Shown: in pieces, positions 23,061 through 37,441 of the stretch
Numbering within the stretch: position 1 is the first letter of the stretch
How the letters are laid out: the number at the start of each line of letters is the position of its first letter
From: Kondoa subrosea
Taxonomy: Eukaryota
Assembly: GCA_039545335.1 (NCBI GenBank)
Contig: BCIN01000005.1
Location: 124,001 to 188,000 of the forward strand
Reading direction: 5' to 3'
DNA: 64,000 bases
Notes under the pieces: model-generated
Databases searched by the model: none
Seen by the model: only the letters and a program-made list of their open reading frames with translations
Told to the model about the DNA's origin: nothing
Position numbers and translations under genes: made by a program

Positions 23061-24613
23061 ATGGCCGTTCTTTCCCTCTTTTATCTCTCTCTGATGGCTG
23101 CATCTCTGCTCGGTGTCCGCGCTCACTCAGATCTCACTTGTACCGACTGGGATGGAAAGAACGATTGCAACAAACAGACTCAAAGACCATCTCATCCAAA
23201 TTACGGTAGACTAGGAGCTGATTATAATTATGAGTGAGTAATAAGCTTCTTCGTCATGACTATACTTACTTCGCTCTGCAGACGAAGATACGCTGGTCCT
23301 CTTTGTGCTCCTTATGTCAATAATGGTACTACCATCGGAGCGTACGTGATCAATATAGCATCCTTCGAATGACGATAACGATAGATTCGTCTTTGTGCAG
23401 GCCAAGTTCTCCTCAACCCGCTGGAGCTATAGCGGGCGAAAAGAAGACTATCTTATGGGGTATGTCCGTGCCAGACTAGTCACAAATCTTGTTGATAGGA
23501 TATGTACAGCCTGCAATAGACATTGCCAATTCTTCAACCCTGGTGATAATGCGAACACTCAAGCTTTCCTCTGGCATTCTCCAGATGATAACCCAGGCAG
23601 AGATCTTTTCTCCACGTAGGTCTACACATCGGTAATCGAGAGATGACATCTGATCACTTCCCAACAGTACGCCTCTTGTGCAACTCAACTGGAACCATTG
23701 TAGGCTTCGCAGGTCATAGATGAAGTTCTGCAATACTGATCTGTTTATCATGCTCAGGCTGGAACAATACTAATTCAGATGGAAGCTATAAAGTCACTGC
23801 GTGTGTTGTTTTCTTCTGTTATTGATTAATTTCGCTGATACTTTGTTGCAGTGATGCCTCATCCCTAAAAGAGGTTCTTTGTTCTGGTGAATTCCCGGTT
23901 CCGTAAGGTTTTCTGAGTTTAGGCGAAACTACCTGCTTATAGTCAATCAAGCGAAAACCTCAAGTCGGGCATTCACACCTTTACGTGGGCGTGGCTTTGG
24001 AATGGCGACTATTCACGTATGGCATATTCTCATTCTATGTTCAAGATAGTAAACTGCTTTTCATAGTGATGAAGAACGATATCGTTTACCTGTCTTGCTT
24101 TCAATACGATGTCACTGGTATCGGGGGAAATTACCCAACAGAGAAGAAAACGCCCAAAAGCACCAATTTCTTTCCCAAATTGACTAACTACAAAGATGCG
24201 GATCAGAAATTGCTGGACAGTGGACCAAACGGTATATTAGTCGTTTCAAAATTAAATGTACAAACTGACGCTAGTGCACAGGCATCGTCTACCCTACTTT
24301 GGGCGATCCCGTAAGCGAGAAGATCTCCCCAACTTCGCCTACTTCGCCTACTTCCAGCTCCAGTTCGACTGCTCAAGTCCTCACAGCCACTTCGAGCACG
24401 CAGGTAAAACAACCAATGAGTCCTTCCAAGATCATCAAATCTACTAAAGCTGCTGCTCCGACTCCTTTACCTGCTGAGTCCAATATCGTCAAATTACCTG
24501 TTCAAGCTACTTCTGCTGCTGCTGCTCAGAGCAATGCAATGCCCTCGGGTTATTATAGTTGGTGGATTCAAGCCTACAAGAAATATCTCAAGACGCACAG
24601 CAAGAGTGTTTGA
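23061..24613 (+). CDS. Secreted Cys-rich protein with His at the predicted mature N-terminus (LPMO-like) and a Ser/Thr/Pro-rich tail
   Basis: Signal peptide MAVLSLFYLSLMAASLLGVRA followed by HSDLTC; later CSGEFPVP..ENLKSGIHTFTWAWLW..YLSCFQYDV; S/T/P-rich linker in ORF 24299-24613. Confidence 0.6.
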
Positions 24614-25516
24614 ATCGAGATCTTGTGGTAAGCTCGGGTTGGCTGGGTATCTCGGTATCTGGGTATGGATCGAGGTCATAAAGAAGTAGTTTCAGTGCTT
24701 TTGTCTGACTTTGTGTAAGTTGGGACGAGAGGAGGGTCTAGTGGGATTCAAATGCATGCTCAGGCCCCAAATTATTGTGCGGTAATCCCAAACATGTAGC
24801 TCTCTCACAACACTCTACGTACTCTTACTGGACCTTTGTATGACCATGAAGAGCATGCAGAGCCACGATTGAAGGAAAGACACAGGAAAGACAAACGACC
24901 CTAAACGAGCTTGGCAGCTTTCTAGGTTGTCTGCCTGATTTGACGAATGCGCAACGTTCTCAGCAGACAGACGAGTACGGAAATTTGCAACGAAGAGACA
25001 TTGCAATAGCCGAACACGCTCGGACAGGAAATGTACAACGAGACAAAGCAGAAGCAAACAGGAAAAGCGAGAAGAGTGGATCATAGTACTCTCATAGTGT
25101 ACAATGAGTGTTGCACCGGCAGGAATACCAAGTTATGAATGGCAGCCCGGATTAGTCAGAACAGAAGCTCTAGAGACTGGCTGTGCGAAGCGTTTCATCT
25201 AGCTCATGTCGAAGGAACATTGAGCAGAGCCACTGCAGAGCCTCTTCTCTTTCCACACTTACCAACCGAGGTCACCTTTGCAAAGGTACACCATTAAAGG
25301 CGGCCGAAGCTGTCAGTCATCCTCATACGGCGAGCCTTTCTTGGATATACCACCTGTTCCTTATTACCTTCATGCTTCTGCAGTAGTACCCTACTTCGAC
25401 CTTTTGTCTCTTGAAAGCCTGATCAGTGCACGATCATTTCGGCTTGAACTGAAAGAAAACATTCGCAACCGATTGGCATCCACCAGATCCGCTCTCACAC
25501 GCTCTAAGCAGCAGCA

Positions 25517-28500
25517 ATGAAGGGCCGTAATCGCAACAGGCCACAAGGGCAACATAAGGCAGTGCCTATATCGATACAAAGGAAGCCGAGCAAACTATCG
25601 CGAATCTTCTTCAAATGTGCGCCCAAGTGTTGGATATACTAGGCTTTTCGCTCATATAAACTTTGCAGTGACTGACTGGAGCTTGCTCTCCCTCTTCGAT
25701 GCTAGGAGAAGGCCGCCACTACCGAGAACAGTCCTCTTCGGTCTGCCTTTACCTCATCAAGCTTGGGCAGCGACAAAGAAGGGTAAGAAACAACTAGCAG
25801 ATGGTGCACCTGAAGATCAAGTGGATCGCAAGGTACACAAAACGGCAGATCCTGCTTGGCAATATCCGACGAATCAAGTTCGCTATACTTTCCATCTGTA
25901 ATCAAGCATCTCGCTCATCCTTGTCACAGGTCGTCACATCAAAATATAACCTACTCACTTTCCTACCCAAAAACATACTCGAACAATTCAGAAGAATCGC
26001 TAACGTTTTCTTCTTGAGTGCGCTTCCTTCCCTCTCTCTCTTGGCATGGTAGCTTGCTTACCATATGAGCGATAATAGTTCTGGTCATTCTTCAATTCTT
26101 CCCCAGGTTCTCAAACGTTTCACCTGCGCTAGCTGCTTTACCGCTTTTGGTTGTTTTGGGCATTACTGCTTTGAAAGATGCATATGAAGATCTCAAGCGT
26201 CATCAAAGCGATCGCGCAACTAACAATCAACCGGTCAGTATCTTCGCACCATTTCTGGTCAATTGTTCTGACATTGCGTACAGGTCCGAGTTCTGCAATC
26301 AGAGCGATTCCATAATCCGTGCGTTGAACAATTGCCAGCTGTGGTATGATGCTTAAGCATTCTTGACACGTACAGCAATATCACTGACGCCAAAGACGGC
26401 ATTATCTCACTGAAGACATTCGGTCTCGGCTGGCTAATCACAGGCAATCGAGCTTCATCCAAATCAAAGAAAGAGAACGCAGCACTAGAAGCTGGTCAAG
26501 GTCCTTTCCCATCTGGCAACCGAAATTGGTGGGGATCAAAAAGAAGGAAACGCATCTCAGGCGTACCTAAATCTATTCCAGGCGGTGGTGATTTAGCCTC
26601 AGCGAAAGCAGAAGCTGGTATACCTGTCAAAGGTCGAACCAATGCTCATGATGCTGGTGAAGAAGAAGACTACGATGATGCTGCCCATGAAGCATATGGA
26701 AATGGTCAAGCTGGTGCGAGATGGTTCAAAACGACTTGGGAGAATTTGAGAACGGGAGATTTCGTCAAACTTATCAACAACGAAGCTGTTCCTGCTGATA
26801 TTATCATTTGTGCTACTTCAGAAGAAGAAGATGTTGCCTATGTCGAAACCAAAAATTTGGACGGTGAAACAAACCTGAAGTCGAGACATGCTGTACCGGA
26901 ACTTAATCACCTCAGAACAGCGAATCATTGTGCCGACGCTCGATTTTCTGTCAACGCGGATGCTCCTTCAGTCGATATGTTCAAGTACAATGCAGCTGTA
27001 CATCTTGCAGATGGTCGATTAGCTAAAGATGGCATTAAGCCGCTTGTCGCTCCTGTTTCTCTCAACACTGTCTTACTTCGAGGTACAATCCTACGAAACA
27101 CCGAATGGGTCATTGGTGTTGTAATGGCTACCGGTGTTGATACCAAGATCGTGCTCAATTCTGGCGGAACTCCAAGTAAACGAAGCAAAGTCGAAAGACA
27201 GATGAATCCTCAAGTCTTCCTCAATTTGGGTATTCTGGCTCTGATGTGCATCATGTGCGCTGTTGGCGATTCTATTCTTGAACAACGCTATTATGTTGAT
27301 GGTGCACCTTGGATGGCTTTTGCGGATCGATCAGACGATAATCCGCAAATCAATGGTCTCATTTCTTTCGCCAACGCAATGATTACTTTCCAGAATATCG
27401 TTCCCATTTCGCTTTATATTTCTATCGAATTCGTCAGATTGGCTCAAGCCTTCTTCATTTGGGCGGATGACGAGATTTATTACGAGGTCAATAAGCGTCG
27501 GACAGCCGCGAAGAGTTGGAATCTGTCGGATGATCTTGGTCAAATCGAATACATCTTTTCAGACAAAACTGGAACATTGACTCAAAACGTCATGCAATTT
27601 CGACGGTGTACCATCGCTGGCAAAATCTACAAAGGTGACAACATTATGCCCGAAAACGTCCTGCTTGGTGATACGGAACGCGTCACTTCCTCTGAATCCG
27701 GAGGGTCATCGGAAGATACCCGTGTCAACCCATCTGAGAAGGCGAATTCGCTCACTGCATTGCAAAGCAAGGATAAACTTCACAAAGAACAGCATCATAA
27801 GACGAAACAGCCGATGGAAATTGCACCTTTCCACGATGCTGCCTTACTGGAAGATTTGGCTAAAACCGGTTCGCATCAAGCTAAACTCATCGATGGCTTC
27901 TTCACCAATCTGGCTCTTTGCCACACCGTTCTAGCACAAGAAGACGAAGATGGCGTTATTCAGTATAAAGCTCAATCACCTGACGAAGCTGCTTTGGTAC
28001 AAGCTGCTGCAGATGTTGGCTATATGTTCATCGGTCGAGATAAGAATATCCTCAAGATTCAGACTCCTGCAAGCTCAGACCCTGTAGAGTATGAATTGCT
28101 CAACATTGTCGAATTCTCGAGTGCAAGAAAACGTATGAGTGTCGTCGTTCGGAAGGTTGTTGGACACGATAACAAGGTTCTCCTATTAATGAAGGGCGCT
28201 GACAATGTCATCTTTGAACGTCTTGCTCCTGGTCAAGATGCTGAGAAGGCTGAAACTGATAAACGCCTCGACGAATTTGCCAATGAAGGTCTTCGAACAC
28301 TCACTCTTTCCTACCGTATCATTGATGAGGAAGATTACGTTGATTGGGAGCGTCGATATACTCAAGCATCGGTCGCCATTGATGAGCGCGAAGAGAAAAT
28401 GGAAGCTGTTGCGGATACCATTGAACGAGAAGCTACTCTCCTTGGTGCCACTGCTATCGAAGACAAGTTGCAAGACGGCGTACCCGAAACGTTGACTGAT

Positions 28501-31080
28501 CTGAAGCGAGCTGGCATTAAAGTATGGGTCTGCACAGGTGACAAATTGGAGACCGCTGTTGGTACGTGTTATATATGGCTGCTTTTGAGATCTTCGCTTA
28601 TGCATTCTTTAGCCATTGGCCTCAGTTCCAACCTTCTCGCACAAGATATGAACCTCATCATCGTTCGGGGCGGTGAATATGGCGAAAAGAACAGCGCTTA
28701 CTCTCAAATGAAGCGAGCAATCACCGACTTCTTCAATGAAGGCGCCGATATTGTTGACCAGCTCGAAGATCTGCATCGGGATATCATTGGTTATAGTGAA
28801 AAATCAGACCGACCTGGTTTGCCTCCTCGCCAATCCACCGGAGCTATGTCTGGCATGTCTGAGATTGTCGGAGACGATAATGGACAACGACCTGGTGGCT
28901 TTGGTCTGGTCATTGAAGGCACAGCCCTAAAACATGCATTTGCTGAACCACAAACCAAAGAATTGTTACTCGAACTCGCAACTCGCTGCAAGGTCGTTGT
29001 ATGCTGTCGAACATCACCCTTGCAGAAAGCGCTTGTAGTCAAGCTTGTCCGAGAAGGACTTGGCGCGATGTGTTTAGCTATCGGTGATGGTGCAAACGAT
29101 GTGTCTATGATCCAAGCTGCAGATGTTGGTGTTGGTGTTGCCGGTGAAGAGGGACTTCAAGCTGTCAACTCGTCAGACTATGCCATTGGTCAATTCCGCT
29201 TCTTGCAAAAGTTGTTGCTAGTGCACGGTCATTGGTCTTATATGCGAAACTCGAGCATGATGTGAGCACTCATACAGTAAGGCTCGAGGATCAGCTGACA
29301 TGTGCCATAGCTGCAATTTCTTCTACAAGGAAATCATCGGCATTGGCATACTCTTCTTTTTCCAATTCTACTGTGCTTTCTCTACAACCACTGTCTACGA
29401 ATATACTGTATGTATTCCACTTTTCACACTGTTTCTCTCAGTCTGACCGCTGGAGAACAGTATATTCTCTTCTGGAACGTCTTCTGGACGCTTCTGCCAG
29501 TGCTAGCTATCGGTATTTTCGATCGCAACATCAACTACCACGTTTTGGTTCAAGTCCCTGAGCTGTATCATTACGGGCGAGAAGGGGCTTTGTTTGGTTT
29601 GAAACGCTTCAGCTACTATATGATCGATGGCGTTTATCAAGTGAGCACGTTTATGCGCAGTATCTTTTCCTACTAATCTGTTGCCTAGTCTGCGATATGC
29701 TTCTTCTTCGTGCTCTACGCTTATCAGACAACATCGACGCGATCCGATGGTTATGATCCAGCGCTTTACGAAATGTCGACGTTGATGGCTTTAGCTGCTG
29801 TCTTTGCGGCCAATTTGTACAACGGTTTCAAGTAAGCTCTTTTACCTTGTGCTCTGACGCCGGCTCATCTTTCTTTCCTAGCACTCATGCCTGGACTATC
29901 TTCCTTTGGGTGTCAATTGCTGTCGGACCCGTCCTTATCATGGTCTACACTGCCATCTACGACTCAATCAGTCCTACTAGTGTATGTCCTGCTTGCTACC
30001 TTTTTGACATTACTGATGACTCTCGTAATTGCAGACCTGGTCAACAGTCTACGGAAACAACGTAAGTCAACCATCACTGGTATATGGTAAACATCTGTCT
30101 AATCTTCCGGATAGCACTATCTCTTCACCTCTGCAATCTTCTGGTTCGGCTTCCTATTCACCTTGATAGTTGCTTTAGCTCCTCGATACCTTGTTCGATA
30201 CTACAAAGAGCTTTACAGACCGTCAGATGTCGATATCTTGAAATGGGTCGGAAAGAAAGATCCTGATCAGTATGTTCCTTCGTACAACTTTGAGAGACCG
30301 TTCTCATGCTTATGCGCAGCGATTTCTACCATGATCCATACATTCCAGGTGGAGCGGCAGCTCTAGCAACAAGACAGCGGACAAGAGAGCAAGGTCTAGG
30401 TGAAAGTCAGCTTGGACGACCTTCCTTGCAGCGAGTGCGAACAGACATGTCTGGTCTTGCACCAATTGCTAGTAGAGGCTTTGCGTTTGATCAAGAGGAT
30501 CGAATGGGAGAGACGGTCGTAGGACGCAATCTGCGGACGTATACTTCAAGTCAGTTTTGAACTCGGCGATCTTCGTGGCATAGCTGAAATTAGCTCAGGT
30601 CTGCATGAGCGAACTTCAGAATCAGGTAACAGACCGCGGAGTGGCTCCATGAGAAAACTAGCTATTGCGTTAGGAGCAAGCAAGTATGGCTCAGCCTCAT
30701 CTCCCGATAAGAAGTCAAAAGAAGGCACCGACCTGCGAAAGAAGAGTATTCTTTCGCTAGGTCGGAATCGAGCCTCGAGCCGCGCAGATGCAACTCAACC
30801 TCCATCTAATCCATCTAGTCCAAGTCGTCAGCAGCGGCCGGTCACTCCCTCTTCACGACCTATAACTCCAACTCCCGAAATGCGATCAGTCACGCCTACC
30901 TCTGCGAACAGCAGCTCTCCTCCTCCTTCTTCTCTTCGACCAACTTCGCCAGATGACACCTTCACAACACCTTTATCGAGTCAAGCAGTATCATCTCCTC
31001 CTGCTCAGAACTCAACACCAACCGATTTACCACCATCGATACCTAACCCATCTTCTTCAGATCAGCCGCCTGCATATTAG
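25517..31080 (+). CDS. P4-type ATPase phospholipid flippase (Dnf1/Dnf2-like)
   Basis: TSKYNLLTFLPKNILEQFRRIAN, ETKNLDGETNLK, FQNIVPISLYISIE, IFSDKTGTLTQN (catalytic Asp), SPDEAALV, TGDKLETA, AIGDGANDVSMIQ, LLLVHGHWSY. Confidence 0.96.
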
Positions 31081-31270
31081 AGCAAGACGGCTTCTTGTAT
31101 AGAGGACTTGTATGAAAACTCAAAAGAACAATCTTCAGACCCTTTGTGTACATATAAAAGCACGATTTTTTAGGTAACCAGTTTTTATGAGGGGCGAGGT
31201 TAGAGAAGTGAGCATGTACAACATTAATTTCAATGTACACGAGCTTTTATCGTTCTCCGTCGCGACTAAT

Positions 31271-32139
31271 CTATGCACGTACTGGTCTTTTCCCGTCTCC
31301 TCCAAATTCTGCTTTGCGACGGAAGATCGCTTGATCTCGTAGCCAAGATCGATCTGTAAGTCAAAAGTCGGCGAGTGCTAAATCAATAGCCTTATGACTG
31401 ACATGCTTTCAGAGAGCCGATCTTCTCACCATAATAGTCAGGGATAGGATTTGATACCTAGAAAGAAAAAAGCTGAGTGAAAGGAGTTGCTCGAAGAAGT
31501 GTTGGACGTACTGTTTGTCTAGAAGGATCTGCTCTATTCCTCTTGATATCTATATATCTCATCGTTTTCAGTCTCGTTCAAACTTGTATAAAGATTGGAG
31601 CAGACTCACGCTCAAAGAAATCCCTTTCCTTTGCTTCAAGCTGAGCAGCTTTCGATCTATGTAACACCTTCCAAACCCAAGTACCTAACGGACTCCCTAA
31701 TAACCAGCCTAGCCCTGTTACGGATCCATAAGCTACCTTTCTACTTGAGAGCTCGAGCAGACCGAACCTATTGTACCCATTGTCGCTAATCCATAAACAT
31801 AAACAGGTTCAATACCCATGATCTATTCTCTCCTATTAGTATTCCACAGTCTATTTGAATTGAGTACAGAGTGAGACGCACTAAACTAGTTGGATCTGCT
31901 TCTATTGTACCAAAGTAGCTACCACCAACTACAGCACCTAAAGCAGTAGTAGGAATAGAAGCTATAATTCCTGCTCTACGTTGAGAAGTCCTCATTGATA
32001 GATATTCAGGCCAAGTGAGTTCTTTAGTTTGAGATGATGCAGGTGTAGGGGAAGTTGAGGCCATTCGGGCGGAAGTGAGAGAAGCAGGTCTAGTGTTGAC
32101 TAGCCGTAAGAGCTGTCGTGTTGCTATGCGCGTATCCAT
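31271..32139 (-). CDS. PAM17: Presequence translocase-associated motor subunit Pam17
   Basis: Presequence followed by LTWPEYLSMR, two TM segments, YIKRNRADPS, NPIPDYYGEKIGSL and YRSWLRDQAIFRRKA. Confidence 0.9.
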
Positions 32140-32431
32140 TGTAATGCTTGTGAGTAGAGGATCAAGGTAGATGACTTGCAATTTCGAAAATTGCATTGCA
32201 AGGCTTCTTTTACACAACCATCCAGCTCAGGTTTTTTCTCTTCTGAGAAAAAACAGAAGTCTGCTAATGTCTAAGCGACTTTAACGGTATCTTTAACTGA
32301 GAATGGATTGGTTAGATCAATTTTTGTAATCGTATCTACGGCTTGATAGAGTTCCTTGTGGATTCAAGGACCAAATCGTTCGTAAGATTGCATACATTTA
32401 AGTGCAATGCATGTTCTACTAGTATCACTTC

Positions 32432-33897
32432 TCACCACTGCTCTTGTTGCTGTTGCGGTAATGCATGTTTTCGAGATTTTCTACGTTCAGAAGAATGACT
32501 AGGAGTAAAGAAAACCATCTCCGCTTCTATGTAACCAATTTCCCTCAGCTCTCGATAATAAATCTGAAAGAGAACGGGAGAGACTCACCTGATGTTGAAG
32601 TACCCATATCTCTTCTCGAAGGGAATAAACGAGGCATAACGAAACCTGCGTCATACTCTGCCAATACTTCTGCATGAATCAGAGCTCGATCTTTTACTAG
32701 ATGTTTGTAGGCGTAGATGAGGACTATTTCCTTGACGGATCAGCTGAAAGAATGTGTATAATCTAACAAAGAGAGCGCACAATTGGTTTGTAAGGAGAAG
32801 AGAATGATTAGGATTGGTCCTGCTAGCCAGCCTATCGAGTAGATGAAGTGCCTGCATTGATCTGAGCATCATGTCTCTTCGCAAGAGGGCGGCACATACC
32901 AAGCTAGTGCGACTGGCGGTGAATAAGTTCTGTCGAAATATCAGAAACCATATCCAAGCAGCAGCAGATCAAGAGAACGCACGAAAAGAGTGCTAGTGCT
33001 ACATCTGACGGTGTCCAGACATCGATTTGCAACACTCGTTCCGCTTTCAATTCCGCTGAAATTCCAAAGACCCTATCCCTGTGAAAAGCACTCTCATTGT
33101 AAGCTCGGAAGAAGCTAAGAGGGAGTTTCTTTCACTTTATCCAAGACCAAAAGGAAGGAGTAACAAGAGACATATCCGTTTCTACCCAATGCGCGTTTGG
33201 CGAAGTGACTGAATCTTTACGTAGATGGAGACCTGTGCGAAGGCCAACGAACACATCAGCTTAAGCTGATTGGTTAGTATAGCCACGCACGATACGGTCT
33301 TCGCGAGAGAAAGAGATGCAGCGCATTGAGGAAAGACAAAAGCACCAAACAAAGCGAAAGCAACGTCGTCTGTAGTCTTATGCGAATAAAGATGCGTCTA
33401 AGCGCCCATTACCGAGTAGGGAACATACCAACGAAGCCAATCTTGAACCAGGTTTAGCCTTTGCTTGTAATTCCTGTAATCGTTCACTACTACCAGCACT
33501 TCCTAAAGTCTTTGCGCTCATCCAACCTTTCTGTTGTAGAGTTGGAGGTTTGGACAACCCATAATTGAGCATTTTAATGAATGCATGTAATCCATTCAGA
33601 GCTATACCAGCTGGGAAAGCCAAAGAAGACAAGTTTAAATTGTCTATAGCGATTTCTACTCGAAGGATCAAATCAGAAGGTAAGTCTTTCAACCTAATGA
33701 GCTCGTTGTGTATAAGCTGTACTTCCAAGACTACAGCGAGAGAGAGCGAACCGTTGAGTGAAGGGTTTCTTTCTAATGAGCCGTTTTGTGCGACGAGGTG
33801 TTCCACTGCCAGGTGAAATGTAACCATTCGTGAGCTCATCTCTAGAGCTCTGAGCTGGGAATCTTCTACTGGGTCTGCCTTGTCGAGGGGTATCCAT
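32432..33897 (-). CDS. Nuclear rim protein Nur1/Mug154-like (DUF2418)
   Basis: RRLIRKKP-like N-terminus, TM segments (LVLLSFLNALHLF), VTSPNA, LQIDVWTPS, YSPPVALAW, RALIHAEVLAEYDAGFVMPRLFP...DMGTST. Confidence 0.72.
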
Positions 33898-33968
33898 ATA
33901 TTTGGTATCAGGTCAAGATGACCGAATTTCGAAGGCGCGTCAAATAATGTGCATGTATGCGAATATGT

Positions 33969-36900
33969 TTACAATTGTTGTACAGGCAACAAAGCGAATC
34001 GTGGTCCGGGTTTGACTAACGCTATCCCATTGCTCACTTGTTTTGACGCAATAGGTGGATTACCAAGTCGAAGAAGTGATGTGCTGTCTTTGTTGCCTGT
34101 CGCAGAAGAAGGTAGGAGAGGCGCAAGGATGTTTTGCATACGTTTGACTTGATTCGATGCGTGATCAAGAACTTCGGATTCTGTTGCTTGTAATGCAGAA
34201 TCCTAAGTGCTGACATCAGTAGCTGCAGAAAGCTAAGGCAACATTGCTCACCTTGGTACTGAGCACTTTCAACACTTCGCCAATCTTCTCCGACTTGCAC
34301 ATAGACGTCAAGAAACAAAGGTCGAACTGCAGCTGTTTGTGCGACGCATTCTCGTCCAAATTTTCTATTTGCGCCAGTAGCTGATCACAATAGGTGTTCA
34401 GGAAACCGGATAGTAGTTCTTGACCTTGAGCAGAAGAAGCTTGCTGTCGCCCTAGCGATTGAACTGCTTTGGCTAAAAGATGCAAAGCGGAGAAAAGGGA
34501 AGGACTAGGATCGCTGAGTACGACATCGACTTCATCTGTTCGATGATGTAAGAAATATCAAGGGAAGAGTACGTTGAAGAAGCTACCTTCGCTTTCCGAT
34601 TGACGTCGTTTGCCCTTCATAACGGTGAGATTTGTGACGGCAATCGCTCGATCAATAGCATCTTTCCTCCACGCTTCAATGCAGCTGTTTTTTAAATCTT
34701 GGAAAGCGAAACGAGGCACTGCAGAGTGTAAGAGATTAGACAACAAAGTCAGGAAAGCGAAAGTTGCTTACTCTTTTCCGAGCTGGAACATAATAAGCTA
34801 GCGAAAGACTCTTCCTCTTGTACCTTCCCAAGAAGGCGTAGAAGGAAGATCAAGCTCGCGACTGTATACCATTTTAATCAGATTGTCTCCCGCTGTATGA
34901 GACAAAGTAAAGCCTACCATTCTCAGTTTCTTTGACTCTTTGTTTCATCGCGTTCGTCAATTCATTACACCAACCCTCATACATCTCTTCATACATTTTC
35001 TTGACCCTTTCTTCAGCTAACCAACCTTTGATCTCTTCCGCAAGGGTTTTCGACTGTTTTTCTAACCCATTCAAGAATTCATCAAGTACATCCGGTCTAC
35101 CTTGAACTCTTTTTGTAATACTTTGCAAGAAATTCAAGAAGGGGGCTTGATGACTTCTCAGCACTTCGATCTCGGATGTAGAGGTAGTTGGAATCCGATT
35201 TGGGAACAAAGGTAATTTTGAGAAAAGATGTTTGGCAGGGTATAAATCTTCTTCGCTTGTTTCTAATCGGGTCAAAGCATGATTTAAACCGGTGTTGAAG
35301 GATTGCAAGAGTGCGGAAAGGGAAGAGGAGATGACTTTTCCTAGACGATCTTCTAGGACTTGTTGGAGTGATGATCGGAGTGTGTTGAGCTGAGGAGTAG
35401 TGGAAGGATATGCGTTGATGGAGGTTGATAGAAGAGCAAGGGAAGAAGCTTGATCGACTTGATCTAATCTGTCTTTGAGATTGGAGATCAGTTTTGAGCT
35501 GGCTGTTTCAAACCAAGTTTGGGTCTCTTGGTGTAGTAAATCAGAGGAAACCAGTGAACGAGTGTCAATATAAGGAGTAAAGGATATGATAGAATGTGGA
35601 AGATAGCGGAGGAGGTGATGCATGTTGGGCACCGTATGAAGAATGGGAGGAAGTTGAGCAGGAACAAGGGCATCTCGAGGATTGTACGGTTGAGCTGGAG
35701 CTGGCAGAGCTGTAGAATACTGTTCCAGTCGTTGAAGAATAGCTGAAAGATTGTCTTGACCGTCTGAGAACAGCTGCTGACTGTGTTCGAGTGTCGAAGC
35801 AATAAGACCGATGGAGTGTATGAGATGTTCTGGAGTATTATTTGATGTTGTTTTCATGGGATCTTCACCCAGCAAGTCTTCCAAAGCTGACAGCCGACGT
35901 GACAAGAGAAGCGAGAGCATTTTGGGTAATGGGCTGTTTTCCAGCAAAACCAGACAAGCTAAGGTTTGACCGGTGTGCTAGGGGCATATCAGCACACTCG
36001 TAGAACATGACAGAAGCTGCTTACAAAGGCTGAAGTGTCTGATCTTGTCAAACTTGCTTTCGCTCGCTTGACAATTTGACTATTCAGGCCAGAAAGATTT
36101 TCCCAATGTCGTTCAATCAGCGGAAAGGCGGCCTGGTGAGAGCCTTTTAGTCTTGTTATAGAATTCTAGATACGAAACAAACAAGAACAGCAGCATCTGG
36201 CTCTGGCTTTTCGCTTGCTGATACAAATTCCCGATAGATGATCCGACCAAGACCTTCTAGACGAGCAGCAGATAGGAAGTCATCGTGTTCCAGAGCTCGC
36301 CAGATGTATTCTGGGCAATCGAGTAACAACTTGACAAGGGTTGCCAGAGTATACGGCGCTGAAAGAGAGATGTCCTCTGTTGAAGCATGCAAAGGTCGAG
36401 GAGCTTGATCTGTGCAGCATGAGCAATCTTCTTGGGAATACAGCACAGATGCCTTACAAGATTGAGCCTTTTCCGTCATAGAATCTCTCACGCAATCCCT
36501 CTGTACGCAGCTCAAACCTTTCAAGAGCGTTCCAGAGCTCTTCTTCATCCGTATGATGGAATCTGCAGCGCTCAAAAGATCCCTGTAGCGTTCGCCAACC
36601 ATTGTACGCAGATCCTCGCGCTTCTTTTCCGCTTCACGTTTGCTCATATCCTCAATATCCCTCACATCTCGGGAAGAGAACACAACGAAAAGACTGTCTA
36701 TATCGCTACCATCGTTGGCAAGCGATAAACGCATAAGATCTACATCTCGAGGATTTCCAGCTAAAGGCGTTGCAGCTAAAGTAGCTTTGCGGCTGATATT
36801 AGGACGATTGGTCCCTGGCTTGACATTACGAATAGTGGAAGCATCGCTGAGCAAACGTTGACGCTTGAAACTTGAAGCAGTAGGGGAAGAGCGCGAAGGT

Positions 36901-37004
36901 CCGCCTCGCAAGGAAACGCTAGGACCAGGGCTTGAGGGCGTGTAGGAGGATAAGGATGCTCCAGAGCTCGTCCTTGCTGGCGAATACGGAAGATCCGACG
37001 ACAT
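33969..37004 (-). CDS. COG1: Vps51/COG1-family tethering subunit (probably COG complex subunit 1)
   Basis: Vps51 domain EAEKKREDLRTMVGERYRDLLSAADSIIRM; KLLLDCPEYIWRALE; long helical body with QLQFDLCFL; C-terminal KPGPRFALLPV. Confidence 0.75.
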
Positions 37005-37441
37005 CGCTTGAGGACAAGCTTCTCATTTCACTTTCTAGGCTCTTCCCAAACAAGCACTACTCATGCCTCGGATGATCTTGACCAGCTTATCTTCGCTTGC
37101 TCGAGAGCTGGACACGGCTTGACCAAAAAAGGCTCTCTCAGCCTGTTCTTGAAAAGCTGTCGACTGTTCTTGTGTTTTTGGACCGAACAGACATTCACTG
37201 CTTCCAGCACCACTCTCAACTTTGTTCTGGAATTCTCACTGTTAGCCTCTATCGTCATGTCTCGCTAGTCTTCGGGAGGCTGAATTGTGTATGGGGGACA
37301 ATGAAGCAACATAAAACGCAAGCAGGCTATCAAGCTTGCCAAGAGAAAGGGTCTCTAGTACCTTATCCAGCTGGGAGATACTTGGACCTTTCTATCAACA
37401 TTCCTTTTCCGTCTCCAGTTGAAGCTGCTCTCGACACAGTG

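Noticed and set aside
32231..32254. Perfect 10-bp hairpin GTTTTTTCTC-TTCT-GAGAAAAAAC upstream of PAM17
   Set aside because: Low-complexity and short. Intrinsic terminators are not relevant in a eukaryote, and nothing else supports a function.
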